A stretch of DNA of 64,000 nt from positions 11,782,001 through 11,846,000 of the forward strand of contig NC_058383.1 in assembly GCF_018350175.1 (NCBI RefSeq). Direction: 5' to 3'. Below are positions 11,648 through 24,337 of this stretch, piece by piece. The notes beneath the pieces were generated by a model. It was given only the letters and a program-made list of their open reading frames with translations, was not told where the DNA came from and ran no database searches. Within the stretch, counting starts at the first letter, position 1. Each line of letters begins with the position of its first letter. This DNA is from Felis catus. Its lineage: Eukaryota. A program made the translations under genes and the position numbers.

Positions 11648-12944
11648 CACGGATTCTCTCTATATCCACATCTATATATATAAACTCGGTTCTGACCAAA
11701 TAATGGGGTATCATAGCCAGTTAACGCATAAAATTAACCATCACAGGCCAAGGGATGGCCAAGTTCTGGGGAAGAAGGTCACGTTTTACTTCCAGCAGAG
11801 CAACAATTAGAAGAAGTGAGAAGCAGATGTGGAAGAAGGGCTCCGAGTGAAATGGTCTGGGAGCAGAAGTGGAAGGAGAGGCCATTCCATACTACACATC
11901 CCTGGAAAGATGGTCTGCATTCTGAACAAGAGACGTGAGGAATTTATGGGACTGTTTCCTTCCACGGGTGCAAAGCCATTTCACAGACTCGAGTCACCAT
12001 GCAAACTCAGCGTCCGTGTCGGCGTAGGCAGCCCATTGGGAAAACATCTTGCCAAGTAGCTAGATAGTATCCATTGGGAGAAAAGGATGAGTTCCAGCCA
12101 TCCCCATCCTAGGGACCAAAGATATTTTACCAGCCAGTTACTAAAAATGTGAGCTAAGTTTCCACGGGTTTGTTCCTAACAGATCCTCTTACCCTGACTC
12201 TAATGTGTTCCTATCACCACTCCTGATGCTTGGGTTTTCTGGTAGAGTTTTACATCCCTGGTTTTACTTAAATAGCTAGATGAGAAATTGGATCAGAGTC
12301 ACCCTCTCCTCTTCCTTCTACTTCTGTGGAATCAAGTGCATCCTCACTGTCATTAATTTTCTGGGAGCAACTTCCTAACTCCAGCCCACAGCTTTTTATA
12401 ATAATCACACTTACCCAAGGTCCCTACCTTGGGAGAGTTCAGGCAGTTGAACTCTGTGCTTTTGATGATATATAGTGCATGGCCAACAAATGCCTGATGT
12501 TATTATTATAGTTGTCTGGGTACTGGTGTGATATGGGGCTGGAAATCAGAGAGAGTCCAGAAATTAAGAAATTAGTCTCCCCAACCGGTAAGTAGGAGGG
12601 TGGGGAGTTCAGCCAATGATCCCAGGGCCATGGTCAGGCCAGGCAGCCAAATTCTAAGGACCAAGATTTGGAAAACACAGCCAGGAATATGGAAAACAAG
12701 ATGATGTTCAGGCAGGGGCAGATTTTCAAAGAGATAATCCTGAGCATGAACCACAGGTCCGGGACAAAGAAACCCAGGCAAGGTTGTGGAAGCAGGAAAT
12801 GGAGTGACATTAAGACACCGACTAAAGACACTTGCTTGGTCTGGTGGCTTCCTAGAAGCACTCAGTGTCACTTCTTATTTCTTGATATCCTAAAAGGAAC
12901 ACCTGGTACCTGATAGTCAGAAATTATTCATTAAAAGGGCACAA

Positions 12945-13176
12945 GGGGGGGGGGCCTGGGTGGCGCAGTCGGTTAAGCGTCCGACTTCAGCCAGGTCACG
13001 ATCTCGCGGTCCGTGAGTTTGAGCCCCGCGTCGGGCTCTGGGCTGATGGCTCGGAGCCTGGAGACTGTTTCCGATTCTGTGTCTCCCTCTCTCTCTGCCC
13101 CTCCCCCGTTCGTGCTCTGTCTCTTTCTGTCCCAAAAATAAATAAACGTTGAAAAAAAAAAATTAAAAAAAAAAAA
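12945..13176 (+). mobile_element. young SINEC_Fc-type SINE
   Basis: Near-identical to the copy at 871; TSD aaaag(g)gcacaag. Confidence 0.95.
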
Positions 13177-14728
13177 GGCACAAGGAACAAGTTTACTGGA
13201 CCTTTAGTCAAGACAGAAGCTCATGTCAGAGGTTCCTGTGCCCCTGTCACAGACACTTTGGTTGCTGGGGAAGGAAGGGCGGGTTCCTCCACAAAGTAGC
13301 CCGTTCTGCTCCCTTCAGAGTTCTAAGAAGCCCACCCCCAAACCACACATAAAATAGTGGTGACCACTGGCGGTGGCCATTAATTGTGATAATAGTGCCC
13401 TTCTCTTTTGGAACATGCGAGAGCTTCAAGGTGAAGTTTGCAAATGGTCCTGTTTGGGACCTTGTCATGGGCCACCGTGAGAAACGTCCTAATAGTCAAC
13501 GAAGACACTTTCTGGAGAATTCCCAGACATTCTGTGGGCAGCTGGACAGGGCTGGATTTCTCCCAGAAAAGGTGGGAGTTGAGCCAGAATGATATTTTTA
13601 TGCGAATATTGGGTTTTTTTTAAAGTTTTACCTAAAAGGGTTTTGTATTTACAGAAGCGTTAAGATAGTAGAGTTCTCATGACCTCTTCCTCATTTTCCC
13701 CTACTATTAACATGACATTAGTGTGATACCTTTGATATGATTAGTGAACCAATATCGATACATTACTAACTAAAGTCCATGCTTTGTTCAAATTTCCAGT
13801 TTATGGAACTATGTCCTAATGTCCTTCCTCCGTTCCAGGATACCATCCAAGGTGCCAAATCACGTTTAATTGTCATGTCTCCTTAGTCTCCTGATGGCTA
13901 TGGCACTTTCTCAGACTTTGCTTGTCTTTGATGACCTTGATGCTTTGAAACGTCCTATAAAATATAGTGCAGGATGGCCCTTTATTGCAATCTGTCTGAT
14001 GGTCTTCTGATGAGTACACTGGGGTTATGAGTTTTGGGGAGGAAAATCACAGAGGTGGAGTGTCATTTTCTTCACATGATATCAAGGGGACGTGCTGTCC
14101 ACATGATTTATGGCTGTTCATGATGGCCACGATCGCCTGGCCAAGGTGCCGTTTGTCAGGTTTCTCTACTATAAAGTTACTTTTCTTTTTTTCTCCCTTT
14201 CCATGCTGTTCTCTTTGGGAAGAGGTTACTATGTACAGCCCATGCTTATGGAGTGGGGTGGTGGTTGGGGGGGGTTATGCCCCACCTCCTTGAAGGTGGG
14301 GTAGTTACCTAAATTATTTGGAATTTTTCTGCATGGAAAATTTATCTGTTCGCCCCCATTTATTTGTTTATTCAGTTATTTGCATTAGCTTGGGCTCGTG
14401 GATATTGATTTTATACTTTGGGTTATTCTACTGGGAACAGTATCTGAGAATACTATTTTATTGATTTTGCTGCTCAGATTGTCCGTGAGCTTTTGGGAGT
14501 TTAGTTGATCCTGTGTGTTTCTGAAATACCCTCACCATTGAATATTTTTGGTTGCTTTTGCTTGTTTGTTTGTTTGCTTGTTTTAGGGAGGTGGTATTTC
14601 CTTCCTATATGTCATTACAAGATGCTCCAGGCTCATCTTCCATATTTCCTGCCCCGTCCTAGAATCAGTCCCTTTTCCAAACACCCTCGTTCTTTTTATT
14701 GGAGAATGGTATTAAAAACCAAGATTTC

Positions 14729-14956
14729 GGGGCGCCTGGGTGGCGCAGTCGGTTGAGCGTCCGACTTCAGCCAGGTCACGATCTCGCGGTCCGTGAGTTC
14801 GAGCCCCGCGTCGGGCTCTGGGCTGATGGCTCAGAGCCTGGAGCCTGTTTCCGATTCTGTGTCTCCCTCTCTCTCTGCCCCTTCCCCGTTCATGCTTTGT
14901 CTCTCTCTGTCCCAAAAATAAATAAACGTTGAAAAAAAAATAAAAAAATAAAAAAA
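14729..14956 (+). mobile_element. young SINEC_Fc-type SINE
   Basis: Near-consensus; TSD ccaagattt. Confidence 0.95.
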
Positions 14957-15802
14957 CCCCAAGATTTGGATCATAGGTGTGCTCATTGCTACTGGGGTGT
15001 GCTTGCTTCTTGACCTTCTTCCTGACCTTTGTGCTGACAGAGCAAGGAGATACATGTGTGTATAGTAACTGATGCATATATACATATTATGACACAGTTC
15101 TACATGTAACCATCTCTATATTAAGGTAAACTGTTCTTACCGATATCTCCAACTCTAATTCATTACCGCATTGATTATTCTAGCCTCCTCCCTTTGACAA
15201 TCTGTAAATTTCTACTCCAACAGTGAAAACCTGACTCACACCGTCCTCCATCCATTTGCTTCATTGTTCATCTCAAATATCAATGGATACCAGGGTCAGA
15301 ACTGTTAACTCATCTCTCTATAGTACACATATGTGGATATACAGTTATCATCTAGAATATAGGGCTTCTGCAGTTTTTTTCGCCTTTAATTTTACAGACT
15401 TCACTCATTTCCAAGGTTATTTGGATTGGCATATTTTCTCTCCCCCCACTTCAGCTAGGTTGTTTTATACATTTATAATACATACACTGTGCATTCTATC
15501 TGGGATCCTCTGTCCTCCTAAACTACTTTTTAATGCACGTACTTCAAGGTTCATATTTTGTGCTGTAAAGTTCTACGGGGTTTGAAAAACACCTAGTGTC
15601 CACCTCCGCCATTACAGTGTCATACTGAATGTTTTGATAACCCTAAAAAAAAATCCCCCATGTTTGAATTCCCTATGCTGAGTCAACCCTCCTCTCTCTC
15701 CCCTGGAAGCCCTGTCCCTGTGACCACTGTTCTGTTTCTAATCTTTGTAGTTTTGCCTTTTTCAGAATGTCATGCATTTGGAATCCCACATTATGTAATT
15801 TT

Positions 15803-16044
15803 ATTTTTTTATTTTTTATTTTTTTTTAATTTTTTTTTCAACGTTTTTTTATTTATTTTTGGGACACAGAGAGACAGAGCATGAACGGGGGAGGGGCAGA
15901 GAGAGAGGGAGACACAGAATCGGAAACAGGCTCCAGGCTCCGAGCCATCAGCCCAGAGCCTGACGCGGGGCTCAAACTCACGGACCGCGAGATCGTGACC
16001 TGGCTGAAGTCGGACGCTTAACCGACTGCGCGCCCAGGCGCCCC
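15803..16044 (-). mobile_element. young SINEC_Fc-type SINE
   Basis: TSD ccacattatgtaatttt. Confidence 0.95.
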
Positions 16045-16913
16045 CCACATTATGTAATTTTAACGGACTCGCTTCTTTCACTTAGCAATATGCAGTTAAT
16101 ATCCATCCATGTCCCTTTGGGTTTTGATAGATGATTTCTTTTTATCACTGAAAAATATTGCGTGGTATGGCTATAACAGTTTACTTATCCATTCACCTAT
16201 TCAAGGACATGCACACATAATTTGTGCATATTTTGTTAGATTTATGCCTGGTACTGTGCCTGAATCTTTCACTTCTGGGGGAGCTACTGTAAATAGTCAT
16301 TTTATTGTAAATTCCTACTGTTCCCGCTGGAAAATAGAAACGCAATTGACTTTTGTGTATGTACCCTGAAACCTTGCAACACTCACTTACGAGTCTCAGG
16401 AGGTTTTTGTGGATTCTTTTGTATTTTCTACATAAACAATCATATCATCTGTGAATAAAGGCAGTTTTTATTTCTTCCTAATCTATCTCTTTCGGGATCT
16501 ATAATTTATATATATTATGTTATTATATATGTTTTAACCTATGCAGTAATATAAAAATATACAATACATATACAAGTATTATATATATTCCTGTTCTTGC
16601 TTTATTGCATTGGCTAGAACTTCCAGTACAACGTTAACCAGGAGTGGTGAGAAAGGACAATCTTGTCTTGTTCCAAATCGTAGGGAGAAAGCATCCAGTT
16701 GTCACGATTAACTACGATGTCAACCAGAGGTTCTTTGTAGACGTTCTTTATCAAATTGAAATTCCCTCTGTACCTCTAGTATGGTAAGAGTTTTCAATCA
16801 TAAATGTGTGTTATATTTTGTCAAAAATATCTCAAAGCTTTTCTGAGTCCATCGATATGATCATGATTTTTCTTCTCTAACCTATGGATGTGGTCTGTTA
16901 CATTGATTTTCAA

Positions 16914-17126
16914 CGTTTTTTTTTTTTTTTTTTAATTTTTGGGACAGAGAGAGACAGAGCATGAACGGGGGAGGGGCAGAGAGAGAGGGAGGACACAGAA
17001 TCGGAAACAGGCTCCAGGCCCCGAGCCATCAGCCCAGAGCCTGACGCGGGGCTTGAACTCATGGACCGTGAGATCGTGACCTGGCTGAAGTCGGACGCTT
17101 AGCCGACTGCGCCACCCAGGCACCCC
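16914..17126 (-). mobile_element. young SINEC_Fc-type SINE
   Basis: TSD tgttacattgattttcaa. Confidence 0.95.
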
Positions 17127-17814
17127 TGTTACATTGATTTTCAAATATTCAACCAGCCTTGTGTACCCGGGATAAAACCCACTTGGTCATGGGTATAATT
17201 CCTTTTATACATTATTAGATTTGCTAATATTTTGTGGGATATTTTTACATCTACGCTCAATCGAGATGCAGGTCTGAGGTTTACCTTTCTGGTAATGTTA
17301 TTATCTTGTATGATGATTAGGGGAATGCAGGTCTCACAGAATGAATTAATAAATACTTCCTCTCCTAAATCTGCAAGAGATTGTAATATTGGTTTCATTC
17401 CTTCTTTAAATGTTTGTGAGAATTTATTGGTGAAACCATCTGGACCCGGTGATTTCTTTTTTTTGGAAGGCCTTTAATATTGACTCAATTTATTTAACAG
17501 ATATTATCCTACTGAGACTATTTACTTCTTCTTATATGAGTTTTGGTAGCTGGCATCTTTCAAGGCGTTAGTTTATCTATGTTATCAATCTGTGGGCGTA
17601 TTATTGTTCATAGTATTCTTTTATTGCCCTTTTAGCATCTGGAGGACCAGCAATGATGACCCTTCTTCATTTCTCATGCTGCTAATTTGTGTCTGCTCTC
17701 TTTTCTTCTTGATCAGCCTGACTTTTCAAATCTTATTGACTTTTTCAAATTATTTGAAAGTTTTTGATTTTATTGATTTTCTCTATTGCTTTCCTGTTTT
17801 CACTTTCTTTGATT

Positions 17815-18026
17815 TCTTTTTTTTTTTAATGTTGATTTATTTTTGAGAGAGACAGAGCATGAGCAGGGAAGGGGTAGAGAGAGAGAGGGAGACACAGAAT
17901 CTGAAGCAGGCTCCAGGCTCTGAGCTGTCAGCGCAGAGCCTGATGCAGGGCTTGAACCCATGAATGGTGAGATCATGACCTGAGCTGAAGTTGGATGTTT
18001 AACCAACTGAGCTACCCAGGTGCCCC
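17815..18026 (-). mobile_element. Can-SINE
   Basis: Antisense body; degenerate TSD tttctt(t/c)gatttct. Confidence 0.92.
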
Positions 18027-19134
18027 ATCAATTTCTTCGATTTCTGCTCTAATTTTTAAATTTCTTTTCTTCTGCTTGCTTTAGGCTTACATTGCCCTTC
18101 TTTCTCTAGTTTACTAAGGTGGAAGACTTAGGTTATTAATTTTAGAGCTTTCTTATTTTCTGATGCATACATACAATGCCATAAATTTCCCTTTAAAGCA
18201 CTGCTTTTGCTCCAACCCACAACTTTTACTTACTTTTATTTTTATTTTCATTTATCTTAAAACATTTTTAGATTTGTCTTGAGACTTCTTTTATGACCCA
18301 TGTGCTATTTACAAGTGCATTATGAAGTTTTGAATATTTGGAGATTTTCCCACCCTCTCTCGTTGAATTCTAGTTTAATTTCATTGTGGTATGAGAATAT
18401 ACTTTATAGGAGTTAAATTTTTAAAAGTTTGTTGGTGTGTTTTATGGCCTAGAATATGGTCAGTCTTGGGGAATGTTTCATATTAGCTACAAAGATGTGT
18501 GCATTTTGCTCTTTTTGGGTGGAGGGTTCTCTAAATGTCAGCTAGATGAGTTGATTGATAGTTCGGGGCAACTAAATCCTTTTGTCTTTTCTGCCTATCT
18601 GATCTATCAATTACTGAAGGGGTGTGTTGAAGTTTTCAACTATACTATTGGATTTTTCTTTTTCTTCTCATAATTCTGTCAATTTTTGCCTTACCTATTT
18701 TGATGCCCTGTTGTTAGGTGCATATACATTTAGAATTGCATCTTTTGGAGAATTGAGTGATTTATTATTATGTAATGCATTACATTATCCCTGATAATTT
18801 CTCTTGTTCTGATGTCTGCTTTGTCTGAATATAGTGACTCCAGCTTTCTTTTGATTACTTAACTTAACTCCACTTAACTTTGAACCTACTTGAGGCTTTG
18901 CATTTTAAGTGCATTTGTTACAGACAAAATATAGTTGGCTTTTCTTTTCTTAATGGAATGCTATTTTAACTGTAGTTTTACATCAAGCCTGGTACAATTT
19001 GATGTAGATAGGTGAACTCACAAAATTTTGTAAGATAATGTTGTTATTCCCATCTCATACGTAAAGTGGAGGCTTAGAACATTTAATTGGGTCAGAAAAA
19101 GGATACGAAGCTAAGTATTCCGTCCTTACTAAGG

Positions 19135-19290
19135 AAGGCACGGAGCACAGTGGTTAATAGTACCTGATTTGCCACTTGCTATGTGTGGGATCTTGGGCAA
19201 GTTACTTAGCCTCTATTAACTGTCAGGGGCCTCAACTGTAAAATGAAGATGAAGGTAAGAGGTCTACCCTAAATTATGTTAAATGCATTT
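19135..19290 (+). mobile_element. MIR
   Basis: gccacttgctatgtgtgggatcttgggcaagttacttagcctct...ctgtaaaatg core. Confidence 0.7.
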
Positions 19291-19308
19291 AAAGGAGTAA
19301 AGCATCGA

Positions 19309-19522
19309 GAGGCGTCTGGGTGGCTCAGTCGGTTAAGCGTCCGACTTCGGCTCAGGTCATGATCTCACACTTTGTGGGTTCGAGCCCTGAATCAGGCTCT
19401 GTGCTGACAACTTGGAGCCTGGAACCTGCTTCGGATTCTGTGTCTCCCTCTCTCTTTGCTCCTCCCCCATTCGTACTCTGCCTGTGCCCCCCCGTCAAAA
19501 ATAAATAAAAGTTAAAAAAAAA
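19309..19522 (+). mobile_element. Can-SINE
   Basis: Full body; TSD aaaggagta(a/g)agc. Confidence 0.93.
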
Positions 19523-19849
19523 TTTGTCAAAGGAGTAGAGCCTCTAGAACATCATGTTGCACTAGGTATTAAAAGAGAGAAGAGGAAGAAAAATAGATCC
19601 CTACGCTTTTCCTGGTTCAACATCTGCCTTTGAGTCTGTTTTGATCTGAGCCTAAAGAATATTAGTAGAATCAGTTTCCTAAATGTATTGAGCAGATTAA
19701 ATGAGATACTACCTTTGAAACCCATACTAAGGAGATGAACACGAAGGAAGCGCTCAGCCGCTATTGTCTGTGGCTATAAAAATGCTTGCCAGTGTGTTCT
19801 CCCATATTCCACTCTCACCAATATTCCCGAAATGACCGTCCTTACGCAC

Positions 19850-20175
19850 ACATCGTCGTGTGAGAATGGTTTGTCTGTGGACTGAAATCAGAGAAGTGGC
19901 ATTGCTGGGTCAAAGGTAGGACGCTTCAGTATTCAGTAGAAATTTTACGCAGATTTCCCCCTAAGAATTTCATCATTTTAAACCCCCGGCCGACAACGTT
20001 TGAAAGTGTCTGTTATCTGCGCCCCTCCACCAGCACAGGGTGTTATTAGCCTTTTTCATTTTTGTGTCAAGGTCAAAGTTGTATTGTATTCCAATTTGTG
20101 TGTCTTTATTTATTAGTGAGATTAAGCACATTTGTATGTCTTTTGTCTTATTCATGTTGTTTACCCATTTTTTCC
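19850..20175 (-). mobile_element. old L1M(E) fragment
   Basis: agaagtggcattgctgggtcaaaggta...ttattagtgagattaagcaca, antisense L1 3' ORF2. Confidence 0.6.
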
Positions 20176-20317
20176 TTTAGATGTCTTCGAGCACCATGCC
20201 AGGCATGTTCTCTGGGAAGCAGGAGGGCGCTGGTTACCAAAATGAACAAGATTTTTGCCCTTGCCAACTGAAACTGTTGACTGATTTTTGCTGGTGTTGA
20301 TTTCTTTCTTTATTTTA

Positions 20318-20520
20318 AAAATTTTTAATATTTATTTTTGAAAGAGAGAGAGAGAGAGAGCGGGGGAGGGGCAGAGAGAGAAGGAGACACAAAATCGGAA
20401 GCAGGCTCCAGGCTCTGAGCTATCAGCACAGAGCCCGATGCAGGGCTTGAACTTACAAACCGTGAGATCATGACTAGGGCTGAAGTTGTATGCTCAACTG
20501 ACTGAGCCACCCAGGAGCAC
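20318..20520 (-). mobile_element. Can-SINE
   Basis: Antisense body. Confidence 0.92.
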
Positions 20521-20529
20521 AATTTATTT

Positions 20530-20611
20530 ATTTAAAAAAAAATTTAATGTTTTGTTTATTTTTGAGAGAGCAAGCGAGGAAGAGCGAGAGAATGAGCAGG
20601 AGAGGGGCAGA

Positions 20612-20664
<53 letters not shown>

Positions 20665-20791
20665 TCAGAAGCAGGCTCCAGGCTCTGAGCTGTTGGCACA
20701 GAGCCTGATGTGGGGCTTGAACCCAGGAACAGTGACATCATGACCTGAGCCGAAGTCAGAGTCTTAACTGATGGATCCACCCAGGTGCCCC
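20530..20791 (-). mobile_element. Can-SINE with internal (CA)n expansion
   Basis: Antisense body, (CA)n at ~20613-20660. Confidence 0.92.
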
Positions 20792-21117
20792 TGTTTATGT
20801 TGATTCATAAAGGCTCACTGTGTATTTAGGAAACATCCCTTGTCTATGATGTGCTACACATTTGGGGGAGAAATGGTATTTTTAAGGCAGAGGCTGATAC
20901 AGGACATCTTTTCAGAGTATAATAAATTCTCAAGAGGAGCCTCGGTGGTATTTCCAGACTGGAGGCGGTGGTTACAGTTGACTGTTAATGATTTTCCTGA
21001 CTCACCAGTAAGAATCAGATGTTAAATTCCTTAACACATTCTTGATAAGAGCTTGTAGGGGACAGGAGAAGCAAGGTGATCTTAGAATCCTGAATAAATG
21101 CCCTAGTTTATAGCAAC

Positions 21118-21125
21118 TCTTTTTT

Positions 21126-21161
<36 letters not shown>

Positions 21162-21162
21162 T

Positions 21163-21210
<48 letters not shown>

Positions 21211-21212
21211 TC
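21118..21212. repeat. (TTTC)n microsatellite
   Basis: Direct observation. Confidence 0.95.
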
Positions 21213-21702
21213 AACTAATTAAACAACTCTTAATGGTATGGCCTGAGTTTCTATGAAACTCAGGCCCAAATCCAAAAGTCAAAATTGAAGGAAATTACTT
21301 AATGTGCCCTAATGATAGGGTCATTTGGAGAGTAGATCGGAAATCAACAGCTTCCATCTGAGTATGAAACTCTTTCATTCAGGAGGACAATTTGTATCTA
21401 CTCTGCACCAGTGGCTTAGACCCGAACACCCAGGGCATAGAGACCTGATGCTAATGCAGTCACTGCCATTCAGGTCAGAACAGACAAGGGTGAGCGCCCT
21501 GCCCTGGACAGCCCCGGACAGTCTACCTGGGAAGTCATGGTTGAGCTGAGGCCCCTTGGAGACAGCCATAAGCGCTTCTCGGATCTTCTCTGTGAGATGT
21601 GATTCCAAGGGGCCTCCACTGTGAGAAGTCAGGTAAAGATCCAGAAGACCAGAGCACAGACCACGAGATTTGGAAGGAGATGGTGTTAGGGAAGGCTCCC
21701 CC

Positions 21703-21703
<1 letters not shown>

Positions 21704-21739
<36 letters not shown>
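21704..21739. repeat. (CA)n microsatellite
   Basis: Direct observation. Confidence 0.95.
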
Positions 21740-21741
<2 letters not shown>

Positions 21742-22189
21742 CTATCTTCCACTCCCCAGGGACCTACCTTGCTCAGCACCTTTCTCGGCAGCTCTGAAAC
21801 AGCCCTCCTTAAACCACAGATATCCTGACATCATTGATCCCTTACCTGTTTATCATCAGACTGCACCTTCAAAGGACTCACCTCTGAGCTGATTCTGCCT
21901 CAGAGGGAGACACTGGGACTTTTGTCATTACTCCATGGAACTTATATATTGAACATTTGGGAATATTTAGTGTGATATTGAAACAGGTAGAGTTGCCTCT
22001 CCTCACACAATGTCCTGTGCACTCTTAGCACAGAATTACATAAAGAAGTCTGTTCATTAGAAAACACTACAGAACACAAATGAGATATTACAACCGAATG
22101 ATGACCCTCGAACATTCCCTACACGCATGCTTTTCAGGTGTACAACATGCTCTTCTGCTTTTCAACTTAATAGCAGATATTATTTATTT

Positions 22190-23680
22190 AGCTTATATTA
22201 TATACATAAATAGCTCTATATTTTGCTTCTACTAAGTACATATAATATGTATTTAAAATATATATATATATTCACTAAGTTTATGCACATTATATATGGC
22301 TATATATAATGATTCATCTTTGCAAACAACCATTTATATATATTATAGTATTAATATAATATAGTATTATCTTATGTATAGTATATATGTATATATATAT
22401 AGCATATATATACTATATATATAGTATAGTATTATTTATATATACTATGTATATATATATATATATACACACACACTATATATATAGTATACTAGTATAC
22501 TATATATATAGTATATACTATAGTATACTAGTATACTATATATAGTATATACTATAGTATAATAGTATGTGTATATATATATATGCAATCTATATTACAA
22601 TTATATTTATAATTACTATATATTACAATATACAATATATACAATATACAATATATAGTATACAATATAGTATATATATAGTATACTATATATAATATAG
22701 TATATAGTATAATATACACTATATATAGTATATTATATAGTATAATATATACTATATATAGTGTACTATAGTATACTATATATATACAATATATATATAT
22801 TGTACTATATTATATTATAGTATACTATATATAGTATATATAGTATAGTATATATAGTATAGTATATAAGTATATATTAGTATACTATATATTATATATT
22901 ATACTATATATATTAGTATATAGTATATTAGTATATAGTATATTAGTATATATAGTATATATACTATGTATACTATATATAACATATATAGTATATATAG
23001 TATAGTATATAAGTATATATTAGTATACTATATATTATATATTATACTATATATATTAGTATATAGTATATTAGTATATAGTATATTAGTATATATAGTA
23101 TATATACTATGTATACTATATATAGCATATATAGTATATATAGTATAGTATATAAGTATATATTAGTATACTATAGATTATATATTATACTATATATATT
23201 AGTATATAGTATATTAGTATATAGTATATTAGTATATGTAGTATATATACTATAGTATACTATATATAGTATATATATTATATATAGTATAGTATATATA
23301 GTATAGTATATATAGTATAGTATATATAGTATAGTATAGTATATATAGTATATATAGTATATGTAGTATACTATACTATATATATATAGTATATACACAT
23401 AGTATACTATATATACTATATATAGTATACATTATACTATATGCTATACTATATATATATAATATATATACATAGTATACTATAATATACTATATATAGT
23501 ATACTATGTATAACATAATATAGATTGTATAGTATATATAATATATATAGTATAATACTATAATGTATTATTTATGTTATATATAATATATAGTAACATA
23601 TTATATATTATAGTATTATATATAATATATATTATAATAGTAATATATAATACTATGTATATTATATAGGGATATTATAC
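22190..23680. repeat. ~1.5-kb TA/TATAG-rich simple satellite
   Basis: Mosaic of tata, tagta, tacta units, almost no G/C. Confidence 0.95.
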
Positions 23681-23699
23681 ACAATCATTAATCTTCATA

Positions 23700-24090
23700 A
23701 AAGTACAATATTGGCATTATTATACTCATTCTACAAATGAAAAACTTGAGTTTTTCAGGATTGATAGCTGGCTGAAATGAACGTCATACAACTAATGTAT
23801 ATATGTAGTGTGACTGACATTCTTCCTTCACCACAATATTAATGTGGACAACAATAATTACTAGTGCTATGTAATTCTCCCACATGCCAGGCATTGTTCA
23901 AGATGCATTTTATAGGTATTAACTCAACTGCCGTGAGGTATGTATGGGCATCCTATTTTATAGATGAGAGAGCTTATACACAGAAAGGTTAAGCAAATGG
24001 TTCAAAGTCACATAGTTAATGAGTATGGAGCTAGTATCTGAACTTAGAAGTCTGACTCCAAAGCCCAGCGATCTTTCCACCATATCAAAC
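23700..24090 (-). mobile_element. MIR fragments
   Basis: cattctacaaatgaaaaacttgag; attttatagatgagagagct...aaggtta...gtcacatagttaatgag. Confidence 0.65.
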
Positions 24091-24244
24091 TAGTGCTTTA
24101 GTCTATGCCAGTTTAAGTATAGTCTTTTGCCAAAAACTGAGGAATTAGAGAAAATACAAGAGGAATAAAGCATTTGCAGTCTCACCACCTAGAGCCATCC
24201 ACAAATGGCATTTTATTATATTCTCCTGCAGTCTCTATATTTTA

Positions 24245-24337
24245 AAAACATTTTTAACCTTATTTAATTTTTTAAGTAATTTTATGCCCAACATGGGGCT
24301 TGAACTCACAACCCTGAGACGAAGACTGAACCAGCCA
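24245..24337 (-). mobile_element. truncated Can-SINE
   Basis: gcccaacatggggcttgaactcacaaccctgaga with T-rich tail. Confidence 0.7.

Larger units (their letters stand above)
10934..11745 (-). mobile_element. MLT2 (ERVL) LTR remnant hosting nested insertions
   Basis: Ends atcagtcagacttctccaaaggaacagaa and cataaaattaaccatcaca match antisense MLT2 termini. Confidence 0.65.
13610..18950 (-). mobile_element. fragmented L1M (L1MC/MD-type) element: 3' UTR and ORF2 remnants
   Basis: Minus ORF 17141-17398 gives LRPASRLSVDVKISHKILAN...HDQVGFIPGTQGWLNI, matching L1 ORF2 YRPISLMNIDAKILNKILAN...HDQVGFIPGMQGWFNI; 13.6-15.8 kb resembles an L1MC/MD 3' UTR. Confidence 0.85.

Noticed and set aside
22966..23398. 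Tyr/Ile-rich membrane-like ORFs
   Set aside because: Translation of the TA satellite
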